This document shows, in pieces, positions 50,270-63,358 of a stretch of DNA of 64,000 nt. The stretch lies in contig JAUCBJ010006002.1 in the NCBI GenBank assembly GCA_032718475.1, forward strand, positions 1 to 64,000, in the 5' to 3' direction. The stretch comes from Nemertoderma westbladi (taxonomy: Eukaryota > Animalia > Xenacoelomorpha). The translations under genes and the position numbers were made by a program. The notes under the pieces are model-generated. The model worked only from the letters and a program-made list of their open reading frames with translations. It had not been told where the DNA came from and did no database searches. Position 1 is the stretch's first letter; every line of letters begins with the position of its first letter.

Positions 50270-53200
50270 TAAAACTGGGGTTTAGAAAATTGAAATACAG
50301 AATGAAAATAAGGTTAATGGAGAACTTTATGAATTCCGTCACAAATATCTTGAAACAATCATCTGAAAAACACGTGAGGATAATGAAATTTAATCGCAAA
50401 ACAAGGAATATCCGTATTCGGAATTCCAAACTATCCGAGCTATCAAAAACGACCAAAAAACTATATCATTTATGGCATCGAGTCAACAAAATTGGAGCAG
50501 AAGTTGAATCAGAAAAATTGCGCACTGCACTCCGAGAAACCAAGAAGGCAACAAGGCGCCTTCGTAACTGGTTGAACAGCACTAAATGAAATGGAACAAT
50601 TATGAGGCATTCCAATGTCCGACTTGCAAATCCAAAAAGGTTTTGGGAATTTTTCTCGACGAAAAATAAAGCCCCTCCAAGCAATTCAAATAATGTCAAG
50701 AATGTGCTACGGGATCATTTCAAAAATAAATTTGGCAGGCCTAATTCTTTAGCCACAGGTAAGTCACCTGACTGTCAGGGTCTATCAGTGGAACATCTAA
50801 TCAATGCAGACCCCCCCCCCCCCCCCCCCCCCCCCGCTAAAATCTACAAATTTTTACGAAAACGTCAGATTATTTGTTTGTACGTAGGTATCACTAGTCT
50901 GGATCCGACCGAAAAAAAAATTTTCGAAAAAATGTAATAGGGTGGTTATATTGCAGCACCAAAATTACAAGTAGTGCACAATTTTCACAAAAATTTGAAA
51001 GTTACATTTTTCGGCTAATTGTTTTTCAATGCAGGTTTTCTGGGGCGCAAAATAAATTGGAAAATATTTTAAAATGATATGATTACTATAAATGACTGCC
51101 CTCTCTGCGTAGGAAAAAAATGAAAAAAACAAGTAACCAGCACTTTTCAGTTAGAACACAAAATTTTTATTCACTTATACGATGCTATAAATTTACATTT
51201 TCAGGTTTTCTATGGCGCTGATTCTAATGGAATACATTTCTAATATGCCAGATCATTGATACTTGTATTTTTCGGCGTAATTTAGTAAATTTTGGTGCTA
51301 GCACCAAATTTCGTACCCATCACCAAAAAGAGCAAGTTTGCGATGTCCAGTACTGTTTTTATTGATTCCATCGGATTCAGGACCCTCACAAACCCGTATA
51401 ACGCAAGAAACAAGGTGACACAATCAATTGATATATTTGATGGTTTTCAAAATTTGGTGCTAGCACCACATTTTGCACCCACTTTCGAAAAATACAAGTT
51501 TGAGATGTCTAGTTCGATAATTATATATTCCATTGAATTCAGAACAGCCATAAACCTCTAAAACGCAAGAAATAAATTGTCACAAGCAATTTTATCTATT
51601 GAATGAATTTTCAAAATTTCGTGCTAGCACCAAAATTTGCACACAGCACCGAAAAATACAAGTTTGATACGCTTGGTGCAACTCGTATATATTCCATCGA
51701 AACCAGAACCCCAAAAAACCCCAATTGCGTAAAAAATATGTTTCAAACAATCAATTTACAAAATTGACATATTTCAAAATTTGGTGCTGGCACCAAAATT
51801 TGGCACCCGCCGAAAAAAACAAGTTTGAAATTTCTAAATCAATTTATATGAATTCCATTCAATTGCTAACACCAAAAACCGGTGTAAATCAAAAATAGAA
51901 ATGTTACAAATCATATTTAATGAAATGTAATTTTCAAAAAAAGTCACAAAAAAGTGCCAAAAGTAGGGTTAAAAAATAGTGCTATAACTCGAAAACTGCC
52001 CAATATTTTTGAAAACGGTTTGCACTACTAGGAAGACAATAGAATTTTAGGAAAAGTCAGAAAATTTCAGATTCCCAACTGCGTTTGTTTCAGAATTATA
52101 ACAAAAAAACCACAGGGGGATCATATTGTCCCACCCCCCCCCCCCCCCCCCGGGTTTAATAGGGTTAATGTGGGTGGTTCCTACCGTCCGATTAGCTCGA
52201 TCAGTGTTTTCGCGAAAATTTTCGAGTCACTTCTATTGAGGAACTACTTGGATTGCTTAGTTTTAGATAATAGTGACGCACAGGTGGCATACAAACAAAG
52301 TATCGGTGCCGACTTAGTGGTAGCAACAGTACTGGAATTAATCGAGTATCAACGACAGCGTGGACAAAGAATGTTTATCTGTCAGATGGATATACAAGGT
52401 GCATTTGATAATATCGACCATTTAAAGCTATTTTATAAACTCTCTAACCTAATGAACCCATATATATGCCGCTTGTTGATTGACTATTATTCTATCAGCA
52501 GGATCTTCCTTAGGTTTGGCAGCGAAATACATGTCAACGGGTTTTATATCAAACGTCACAAACAAGGGTCACTGATTTCACCCCACCTCTTCAACTTCTA
52601 CCTGACGGATATCTGCAAACGTCTGCAAGCAAAGGGACTTGGTTGCCATAGCAACAACACCTGGATTGGTTGCATTATATATGCTGATGATATACTCTTA
52701 TTATGTAACAATGCTGCTGAAGTTGAATTAATGGCGACTGAAATTAACTCTGAATTACAGAAGCTGGGATTGCGAATAGAAATAGACAAATCAAAGTGGA
52801 TGACTGCAGCTAGAGACGACAAAGAGACAACACCTTGCATTATTAATATAAACGGAACATTAATTCCAGCCTCCCCAACAATCAAGTTTTTAGGATACAA
52901 GCTATATTCTAGAATTCATCGCATATATAATGACTGTTTAAAGTCGATAGTAATACTATCCGAGTCATTCCATAGGGCTGGTTGGAATGCAAAACTGCTG
53001 AAAACAGACGACATTGCAACACTTTGGAAGTCTTATGCATTACCTGCAATCCTCTATAACTTTGCATTCAACCTTGGAGCGTTCGTTAACAGAAAGTCAA
53101 AGGAATTTTATAAACGCCAAGTACCGGAAAACATTGCGCCGTTTACTATTTCTCGGGAATTATGCCAGTAACTCTACCATTCTTTCCTTATTTGACACGA

Positions 53201-53800
53201 ATGACTTAGATGTGGAAGCTTTCCGATCAGCAGCGCGTCTACTACTAATTCGTGCTAATAAATGTCCTAATCAAACGATACAAAAAGCTCCCAAAAGCAA
53301 TCAGCTGCTGAACAATGTAACCCGCAATTATAAGGGCTTAGGTTCTACTTTTTGGAAATGTCTCAGAGAATTCCCGTGCCCCACTTTAAAATCCATGGTT
53401 TATTACGAATATTTGAAAAATAAAATTCTAGAAAGTATAACTAATGGACCAACCAGCATCGACAAATGATATGAAAAAAAAGGATTTTATTAAAGCCACA
53501 TTCGAACTGTCAGGATTATCATTTGGTCAGAAACACGAGAAGATCTTGGAATATTTTGGAATCGATTCAAGTGACGGAACGTATGCAAAGGGTTAAGCGC
53601 GGATATCTAACCTCAATTGGTTTGAACCTATTTTTGGTTTTTATTACCTAACTATAATTTAAGCAAAGATGAACTTTTATTAGCGCGCCGGCCGATTTGT
53701 ATTCGTTATTTTAAACTTTTAAAGCTAATTTCCTATGTTCACTGACACATTATCTTATATCAACTTGATTGATTAAATATATTGAAATTGAATTGAAATT
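50270..53800 (+). mobile_element. LINE ORF2 remnant split by a piggyBac-like insertion
   Basis: Left part PKRFWEFF...KSPDCQGLSVEHL. Right part SYRPIS, MDIQGAFD, KQGSLISPHLFN, YADD, KFLG, LPAILY. Confidence 0.9.
50811..52164 (-). mobile_element. Reverse-oriented copy of the 1.5-kb piggyBac-like element, one end deleted
   Basis: Ends CCCGGGTTTAATAGGG|TTAA (TTAA at 52165-52168). Reverse complement of 58558-60102, but the other terminus is lost at a poly-C tract. Confidence 0.9.
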
Positions 53801-54249
53801 GTAATATATGTACAATCATTTCGTAATGTTAAAATTTTGGAATAAAACAACATACATATACTTGTTGCAATGTACTTTACAGTGTTCTGATCCTCGTGGC
53901 TTTATTTTCACTCACTCACTACGTTCATTCTTGTAACAAAGCAATCGGATCATCACACTGCAAAGTGTTACTTTGATTCTTTAAGTATGTATGTGCCCCT
54001 GTCACTGTTGCTATCATTGTATACAAAGGGTAAAGCTGACCGTACAGTGACGTGAAAAAATTATTGTGGTATAAGGTTATATTTCGGCCACAGGCTTTTA
54101 TTCAAACCCAAACTGCCTGACTACAGATAGATAGGTCTAAATACAGAAGTGCAGAATAGGAAAAATATAAAATAATTATAAAGTTATAGAGTTCAAATTT
54201 GGCGCCAAATATAATATATAATTTTACCACGCTTTATCATAGGGTTGAG

Positions 54250-54600
54250 GATACTGTATGTTTATGGTGGGGCGTAGTAGCCGTATATATGTTTTTTCCT
54301 TGAATTTCCGATCTGCCCAATCCTTCCCTCGGCCAGAATACTGGCTCGAAAAGGATGGGGGTGGTTGGTGTTCTGTGGGTATTTGTCTCTGTAATGGGCA
54401 GGGAGGGGGTTTACATTGGTGTTGTTGGTATCGGTTTGGGAGGTGCAGGTAAGTTGGATTTGTGTGGTGTGGGGGAGGAGGGTGGGGACTGATAGGTGGG
54501 GGTTTCCGGGTTTGATTTTTCGGATCGCATTCGAGTGCTGAGAGATTCGTCCCCTGGCTGGGCCGCAGGTTTCTCCTACGTAGTCATCAGTACACAAGTT
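54250..54600 (-). mobile_element. Penelope-like element GIY-YIG endonuclease remnant
   Basis: CTDDYVGET...RISQH, then after a frameshift RKFKEKTYIRLLRPTIN. These are the YxGET/R/H and E...I...P.IN signatures of PLE GIY-YIG domains. Confidence 0.8.
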
Positions 54601-55959
54601 GGGTGGTGTTCTTTATCATGAAATTATTGATCCCATTATTACATGTATATTTTTGAAAAGTTCCTAATGTTCACAGCCCGTTAAGGTTCAAATTATTACT
54701 CAGAATTCACTATAGTAGTTATTTCACATTGGGAATGAAAAGTGGATTTAATTAAATTTCAGAATTTTCTAATATTGAAATAATTAAATATACTACTCCC
54801 TCATAATATCATGTAATATGTACTGCCTAAACAGTCGTAGTCCATAAAGGATTGCTATAGAGCATGACAAGGTCTCTCATTACAGAATTTTCTGCCAAAC
54901 GCCAATGCCGCTAGAATACCGAAGTCGTCAAAATGATACAACCCAAGAAGTAATGTTATTTATATCAATATACTGATGGTCGATCATTCCACTCATAGGT
55001 CAGACTCCCCAAAACTTACATGAAAGAGTCAAACTAATTTTTAAGTAAAAAATTACATGTTTTTATCAAACCTCCTACTGTGTTTGTCTGAAAATCATCA
55101 TGAATAAACGACTCATTGAATGTGAGCGTATTCAATTCCGCCACACCAACCCCCATAAAGTGGGAAAGAGCGCCTTAAGCAATATTGGGAACACGAGGTT
55201 GATTGCCAATCAACCTCGTGTCACCCCAATGAGATGGGGACGGGAAACCCCAGAGGACATACGCACAATGGGGGTCAGAGGTTATACCTCCAGGGGAGAG
55301 AGAATAACAGTAGCGGGGGAGAAACACTCCTAGAGAGAGGGGAGGGCGAGAAGTGAGCTATTAGCCAATGGGGGGAAGGCATCGACCGAGTAATATGGCC
55401 AACCCGTGCAATATATATTACCAGTTGTGTCATTTGCTCACTTTAGTTATCTCAGTGCAGTCAGGGCAGAGCGGTGACTTTGTTACCGTCATCGCCGTCA
55501 CCTATATTACCGGTCATTTCAGTATTTACTCATGTTATCTCATATCTGTATGCTATCACATATTTATCTATATTATCAAGAACGTCGGAACAACAAACGA
55601 ACTTATTACCTTTTCCATCAAACGGTGCGACCTTTGACGCGTAAGCAAACAACCGGATAAATCGGGGTCGACCGATCCCATCACATTGAAAATCAGTCAA
55701 ACTAAAAAATATGGCGAACATTCCAAACTACTCTGACAACTAATGTAAAACTACGCACAAACAATCCAAAGTGGTTCCTGTACACTGGCCATACAGCGTG
55801 GTATGACATATAGAGTTGCTGGCAATTTTTTAGGCTGTCTAAAAGTTATTTCCTTCTTGAATAATTATCACTCTTCTTCATAATCACGATATCATATCCA
55901 CTCCACAATCCTTGTATCCCAATATTAAACACCCATCGATTGTAGCCCATACGGCTAGG

Positions 55960-57700
55960 TGTGGCACCATTTGTACTATATTATAACATGTGTTTATAAA
56001 GGTCATGTAAAGAATCACAATGTGTGGAAATCTTATCGTCCTATTTCTACCATTAGTCTGCTCGCGAAAGTTCTTGAGGTATTATGTCTGGCCAACTACT
56101 TTGACAAAGTTTTGTCACCTCATCCTTTTTTAATTGCATATCAAAAACGTGTTGGATGTGATGTCATCACTATAAGTATTGCTTATCAAATCATTCACTA
56201 CTACAACTCTTGGGCTTCATGAGATTATGTCTGTCAAACAGACATAGAATCTGCCTTCGACAGTTGATTTTGCAATATTGTTCGCAAAGTTGAGTTGCGT
56301 TCAGTTCTTAATCCACTCATCTGCCGCCTTCAGCTCAAATATTATTGCTGTGGAAAAATTTATTTCAAATTCGTTACAGAACTGGATGCTATGCATTTTA
56401 GACTTCATAACTCTGTCAAGCGGATCACTTTTATCGCTAACTCTGTTCAACTTCTACTGTGGAAATGACTTGTGGGGCGAGACACGTAGTCGGCGAGCCT
56501 TGGCATGCGGTTCATATAGGGCAAATGGGGCATGTCCGTCTGTCTGTCTGTCCGTCTGTCTGTCTGTCTGGTAAATGTTTGAACGCGAATTTCTCTGCAT
56601 CGCTGGTTCGGAATTGAACCAAACTTAGTAGGTAAGTAGTAGAGAGAAAGTTTAGAAAGTTTGTAAAGTTTGGTGAAAAATCATGCAGTCTGACGTCAGC
56701 TACGACAGATTATGTAGTTTTTAGAAAATGTTAAATTTCTCGGGAAGGCCTCATTTTCCTGAGCTGAAATTTTGGTGGCCTGTATAGAATCATGAAGTCT
56801 ATCTTTTACGAAATTGAAAAGTTAAGACATTTAATTGGGGATCCGCTAGAGACTCAGAAGTAATGACATAGGCCTACCGGTACGGTACTGCTGTACAGTG
56901 CTGCACTGGTAAGTACGAAATTGCAGAATAACAATTTGACACCACCTAGCGGATTAACATATGATTGTATATCGAATGAATACATTTATAGCATGGGATA
57001 TTGGGTCCAAACTAGACATGCCCCATTTGCTCTATATGAACAGTATGCCAAGGCTTGCCGACTACGTGCTGCGCGAAGTCCCCACGAACGTGTATAAATA
57101 TGCTTGAGGAATTGGGCTTTGGCTGCTACATTCGCAATACATTGTCAGGTTTACTTAATTATGCCAATGACATTTTGCTGTTTAGCTGCTCTGGCACAGA
57201 AATTGAGAAGATGATGGATGTGTTACTAGATGTTAATATGAAAAGATTAAAATAGGACATGGGGTCTTATGTCCTATTTTATTGATTTCCTATTAATATC
57301 ACAATCCCTTTAATGTCGTGGTTGTCTAAAATCATGTGTTACAAGATGAGCTTACACAAAGATCGGGCTTTCAGTAAGCAGCAGCAAGACCAAGTTGATT
57401 TATGCATCAATGACCAAGTACCACCAATTCTCTTACACAATTACACTGAGAATCGCTCTACCGACATGGCATTTCTTGGATATAAGATATATGACAATTT
57501 ACGTTCGATGCTTCATGATTGTTTGCAGCGAATTTCATGTGCTGCAGCTATTTTTCACCAAAGAAAAAAGCTGAACTGTGTGCCAACACTCCCTCTCAAA
57601 AGTATCGATACTATGAAATGCCATTGCAATTCCATGGCTAAAATATGGTATTGAATTTTATTTTGACGCCCCCCACGTTATCTGAGAAAAGATGAACGGA
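55960..57700 (+). mobile_element. Decayed LINE RT related to the 52170 element, interrupted by an insertion
   Basis: SYRPISTISLLAKVLE, CQTDIESAFD, GSLLSLTLFNFY, GFGCYI, YANDILL, FLGYKIY. Confidence 0.85.
56470..57093 (+). mobile_element. DINE-1/HINE-like element with ~55-bp subterminal inverted repeats and (GTCT)n
   Basis: CACGTAGTCGGCGAGCCTTGGCAT...GGGGCATGTC is mirrored at about 57015-57068. GTCT microsatellite at 56533-56570. 3' CCCCACGAACGTGT. Splits the RT between FNFY and GFGCYI. Confidence 0.75.
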
Positions 57701-58557
57701 TGCCACGGATGCAATACCACTTACGCTATCTCCTGTTAACCTGTTGTGGGGGTCGCTTCACTGGCATCAGCAGCTGCTATGAAGCAGTTGCGAGGCTGCT
57801 TTTGTGAGACTGCACAAAAAAAAGTCATGCTGCCTGCCATATGTTCAATCAACTCAACTTCAATTACTCAAAACGAGAGAGGGGGACGCGGCTGAACCAG
57901 GGTAGTCCATCTTTGAAAGATACTGAAGACTATATCTTCCTTGCAAGGTGCTACTCCATGATCTTTCAATCTTTCAATAACACATTCATTGGAAAATGTT
58001 AGCTAAGTGTTATTCCTCATCATCATAATTTATCCGGTTGGTTGTTTTCGGTAAAAACCAAAATATCCTTAAAACAGCTTCCTAATTTGCGGAAAACTGT
58101 CACACACCCAAAACTAACAATTTAAACCCGCCTGAAGCGCCAATATGATAATCTAATCTGTGAATGATGGGGTGTCACTAATTAATTAGCTACACATTTT
58201 CTGTGTAAACAGGCGGAAACCTGGGAGTTGTTCCTGCATATATGCGTCTGTTGACAAACGTCTGATCTGATTCCGGAGATAAGTTGTCAGCATCCTGACA
58301 AGTTTATGTAGGAAGCGGAGGTTTTCCATTTATATTACATCAAACAAATATTTACTACACAAATTAACTGGCCTGGTGTTCGTCCTGAGATCAGCTACGT
58401 CGGATAATCACACTGCCCTCCTAAGGCTAAACCATGTAACTCAAAAAAATGGGTTTCAGAAAAATCAACCTATAAAGTAAACGAATCTACTCGAAAACAT
58501 GTGAATGTCTGTGTGAACATTTTCAACAATAAAACTTTAGTCAAATAGTATATTTAA

Positions 58558-60102
58558 CCCTATTAAACCCGGGGGTGTTCAATATGACCCTTCCCGTGGT
58601 TTTTTTATTATAATTCTGAAACAAACGCAGATGGGAATCTGAAATTTTATGACTTTTCCTAAAATTCTATTGTCTTCCTAGTAGTGAAAACCGTTGTAAA
58701 AATATTGGGTAGTTTTCGAGTTATAGCACCATTTTTAACCCTACTTTTGGCACTTTTTTGAGACGTTTTTTGAAAATTACATTTCATTAAATATTAATTG
58801 TAACATATCTATTTTTGATTTACACCGGTTTTTTGGTGTTAGCAATTGGATGGAATTCATATAAATTGATTTAGAAATTTCCAACTTGTTTTTTTCGGCG
58901 GGTGCCAAATTTTGGTGCCAGCGCCAAATTTTGAAATATGTCAATTTTGTAAATTGATTGTTTGAAACTTTTTTTTTATGCAATTGGGGTTTTTTGGGGT
59001 TCTGGTTTCGAAAAAATATATACGAGTTGCACCAAGCGTATCAAACTTGTATTTTTCGGTGCTGTGTGCAAATTTTGGTGCGAGCACGAAATTTTGAAAA
59101 TCCATTCAATAGATAAAATTGCTTGTGTCAATTGATTTCCTGGATTTTAGAGGTTTATGGCTGTTCTAAATTCAATGGAATATATAATTATCGAACTAGA
59201 CATCTCAAACTTGTATTTTTCGGAAGTGGGTGCAAAATGTTGTGCTAGCACCAAATTTTGAAAACCATCAAATATATCAATTGATTGTGTCATCTTGTTT
59301 CTTGCGTTATACGGGTTTGTTAGGGTTCTGAATTCAATGGAATCAGTAAAAATTTCATAAGAGTTTTCAAACTTGTATTTTTCGCCGGTGGGTGAAAATT
59401 GTTGTGCCAGCACCAAATTTTGGAAAATGAGTAAATTGATCAGTAGATAGTATCATCTTGTTTCTTGCATTATACGGGTTTATGAGGGTCCTGAATCCGA
59501 TGGAATCAATAAAAACAGCACTGGACATCGCAAACTTGTACTTTTTGGTGATGGTTACGAAATTTGGTGCTAGCACCAAAATTTGCCAGATAACGCCGAA
59601 AAATACAAGTAGCAATGATCTGGCATATTTGAAATGTATTCCATTAGAATCAGCGCCCTAGAAAACCTGAAAATGTGAATATATAGCATCGTATAAGTGA
59701 ATTAAAAAATTTGTGTTCTAACTGAAAAGTGCTGGTTACTTGTTTTTTTCATTTTTTTCCTACGCATAGAGGACTAAACAGCCATTTATGGTAATCATAT
59801 CATTTTTAAATATTTTTCAATGTATTTTGCGCCCCAGAAAACCTGTATTGAAAAAAGAAGCCGAAAAATGTAACTTTCAAATTTTGTGAAAATTGTGCAC
59901 TACTTGTAATTTTGGTGCTGTAATATTACCACCCCAGTACATTTTTTCGAAAATCTTTTTTTCGGTCGGATCCAGATTAGTGATACCTACGTACAAACAA
60001 AAAATCGGACGTTTTCGTTAATATTTGTAGATTTTAGAGGGAAGGGTCAATATGACCCCCCACGGTATTTGTACAGCATTTTATAGCCCGGTACTAATAG
60101 GG
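58558..60102 (+). mobile_element. piggyBac-like non-autonomous element, complete (1545 bp)
   Basis: TTAA|CCCTATTAAACCCGGG ... CCCGGTACTAATAGGG|TTAA. Internal ~125-bp subrepeats each carry a GGTGCTAGCACC-like palindrome. No transposase. Confidence 0.92.
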
Positions 60103-60269
60103 TTAAATACCTAGAAAGACTTAAGCTAGCTATTTAAAAAATCTCAGATCCACAATAGGGAGGGACGCGGGGCGCCGCGTACCATATAGTTTGTGAGAAA
60201 GAAAGAAAAGAGAAAGAGTCACCCTTACATTTTCAACAATAAAACTTTAGTCAACTGTAGTATATTTAA

Positions 60270-61799
60270 CCCTATTAAACCCGGGGGGGGGTTCAATATG
60301 ACCACTCCCGTGGTTTTTTTATTATAATTCTGAAACAAACGCAGTTGGGCATCTGAAATTTTATGACTTTTCCTAAAATTCTATTGTCTTCCTAGTAGTG
60401 AAAACCGTTTTAAAAATATTTGGTAGTTTTCGAGTTATAGCACCATTTTTAACCCAACTTTTGGCACTTTTTTGAAACGTTTTTTGAAAATTACATTTCA
60501 TTAAATATTAATTGTAACATATCTATTTTTGATTTACACCGGTTTTTTGGTGTTAGCAATTGGATGGAATTCATATAAATTGATTTAGAAATTTCCAACT
60601 TGTTTTTTTCGGCGGGTGCCAAATTTTGGTGCCAGCGCCAAATTTTGAAATATGTCAATTTTGTAAATTAATTGTTTAAAACTTGTTTTTTATGCAATTG
60701 GGGTTTTTTGGGGTTCTGGTTTCGAAAAAATATATACGAGTTGCACCAAGCGTATCAAACTTGTATTTTTCGGTGCTGTGTGCAAATTTTGGTGCGAGCA
60801 CGAAATTTTGAAAATCCATTCAATAGATAAAATTGCTTGTGACAATTTATTTCCTGCATTTTAGAGGTTTATGGCTGTTCTGAATTCAATGGAATATATA
60901 ATTATCGAACTAGACATCTCAAACTTGTATTTTTCGGAAGTGGGTGCAAAATGTGGTGCTAGCACCAAAATTTGAAAACCATCAAATATATCAATTGATT
61001 GTGTCATCTTGTTTCTTGCGTTCTACGGGTTTGTTAGGGTTCTGAATTCAATGGAATCAGTAAAAATTTCATAAGAGTTTTCAAACTTGTATTTTTCGCC
61101 GGTGGGTGAAAATTGTTGTGCCAGCACCAAATTTTGGAAAATGAGTAAATTGATCAGTAGATAGTATCATCTTGTTTCTTGCATTATACGGGTTTATGAG
61201 GGTCCTGAATCCGATGGAATCAATAAAAACAGCACTGGACATCGCAAACTTGTACTTTTTGGTGATGGTTACGAAATTTGGTGCTAGCGCTAAAATTTGC
61301 CAGATTACGCCGAAAAATACAAGTAGCAATGATCTGGCATATTTGAAATGTATTCCATTAGAATCAGCGCCCTAGAAAACCTGAAAATGTGAATATATAG
61401 CATGGTATAAGTGAATTAAAAATGTTGTGTTCTAACTGAAAAGTGCTGGTTACTTGTTTTTTTCATTTTTTTCTACGCAGAGAGGACTAAACAGCCATTT
61501 ATGGTAATCATATCATTTTTAAATATTTTCCAATGTATGTATTGAAAAAAAAAGCCGAAAAATGTAACTTTCAAATTTTGTGAAAATTGTGCACTACTTG
61601 TAATTTTGGTGCTGTAATATTACCACCCCAGTACATTTTTTCGAAAATTTTTTTTTCGGTCGGATCCAGATTAGTGATACCTACGTACAAACAAAAAATC
61701 AGACGTTTTCGTTAATATTTGTAGATTTTAGAGGGAAGGGTCAATATGACCCCCCCCCACGGTATTTGTACAGCATTTTATAGCCCGGTACTAATAAGG
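60270..61799 (+). mobile_element. Second complete copy of the same element, produced by tandem duplication
   Basis: Same ends and TTAA, and the same flanking sequence on both sides as 58558-60102. Confidence 0.92.
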
Positions 61800-62115
61800 T
61801 TAAATACCTAGAAAGACTTAAGCTAGCTATTTAAAAAATCTCAGATCCACAATAGGGAGGGACGCGGGGGGCGCCGCTTACCATATAGTTTGTGAGAAAG
61901 AAAGAAAAGAGAAAGAGTCACCCTTACATTTATGCCGTCCTGTCTGTCTATCTTCCATAATAAATTAAACATGGCGCGATTGTGCATCATCCGCCATATA
62001 TTTTTGTTTGGTGTTCGGGATATATCTGGGTAGAAGATACGGCCACCGAATCACAGCGATGTGATAAAATTATAAGTGACGGATTGGCTTTTCAATCAAT
62101 TTATGTCAATTTAAT

Positions 62116-63079
62116 GGCTAATTAGTGCCATATAGGTCGGCTAATTAGTGCCATATAGGTCCGCTAATTAGTGCCAATTAGGTCGGCTAGTTAGTGCCAT
62201 AAATGTCGGTTAATTAGCCACTTAGGTCTGCTAATTACTTATTAGTGCCATATGGGTCGGCTAGTTAGTGCCGTACATGTCGGTTAATTAGTGCCGTCTA
62301 GGTCGGCTAATGAATGCCAAATAGGTCGGCTAATTACTGCCATATAGGTTCGCTAATTAGTGCCATATAGGTCGGCTAGTTGGTGCCCTACATTTCGGTT
62401 AATTAGTGCCATATAGGTCGGCTACTTGGTTAGTGTCATATACGTCGGCTAATTAGTGCTAAATAGTTCCGCTAATTAGTGCCATATATGTATGGTAAGT
62501 GGTCGGCTAATATAGGTATGCTAATTAGTGCCATATAGGTCGGCTAATTAGTGCTATATAGGTTGGCTAATTAATGCAATATTGGTCGGGTAGTTAGTGC
62601 CATACATGTCGGTTAATTAGTGCCATATAGGTATGCTAATAAGTGCCATATAGGTCGGCTAATTAGTGCCATTTAGGTCGGCCATTTAGTGCCATATAGG
62701 TCGGCTAATTAGTGCCAAATAGGTCGGCTAATTAATGCGAGATAGGTCGGCATATATGTCGGCTAATTAGTGCCATATAGGTTGGCTAATCAGTGCCATT
62801 TAGGTCGGCCATTTAGTGCCATATAGGTCGGCTAATTAGTGCCAAATAGGTCGGCTAATTAATGCCAAATAGATCGGCGAATTAGTCCCGCATAGGTCGG
62901 CTAATTAGTGCCATATAGGTCGGCTAATTAGTGCCATATAGGTCGGCTAATAAGTGCCATATAGGTCGGCTAATTAGTGCCATATATATCGTCTAATTAG
63001 TGCCTTATAGATCGGCTAATTAGTGCCAAATAGATCGGGCAATTAGTGCCGTATAGGTCGGCTAATTAGTGCCGTATAG
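62116..63079. repeat. 23-bp satellite (GGTCGGCTAATTAGTGCCATATA), about 40 diverged units
   Basis: Direct tandem array with an internal CTAATTAG palindrome. Confidence 0.96.
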
Positions 63080-63288
63080 ATGATTCCACGTAAAAGGGGT
63101 AGCAAAACTTTAATATAAGGCAGAGCGTTCGAAGGTTATTGTTGGTCAGTGTATAAACCAACTTCAAGTCACCGCTATCATTGGACTACGTAGCGTCGGG
63201 CTGAATTTCACAGAATAGAGTAATAGATATATCAGTGATCGTAAATTTTCACAGATCTCTGCAAACTTACAAATATGATTTACTTTAT

Positions 63289-63358
63289 GGGTGGGGGCTA
63301 CCTGTACCCTCCGGGTGGGGGCTACCTGTACCCTCCGGGTGGGGGCTACCTGTACCCT
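63289..63358. repeat. 24-bp tandem repeat x3 (GGGTGGGGGCTACCTGTACCCTCC)
   Basis: Three near-perfect direct copies. Confidence 0.9.

Noticed and set aside
62116-63079. CRISPR-like look of the 23-bp array (also the 30-bp array at 47288 and the ~125-bp subrepeats)
   Set aside because: Units are head to tail with no unique spacers, there are no cas genes, and the context is eukaryotic.
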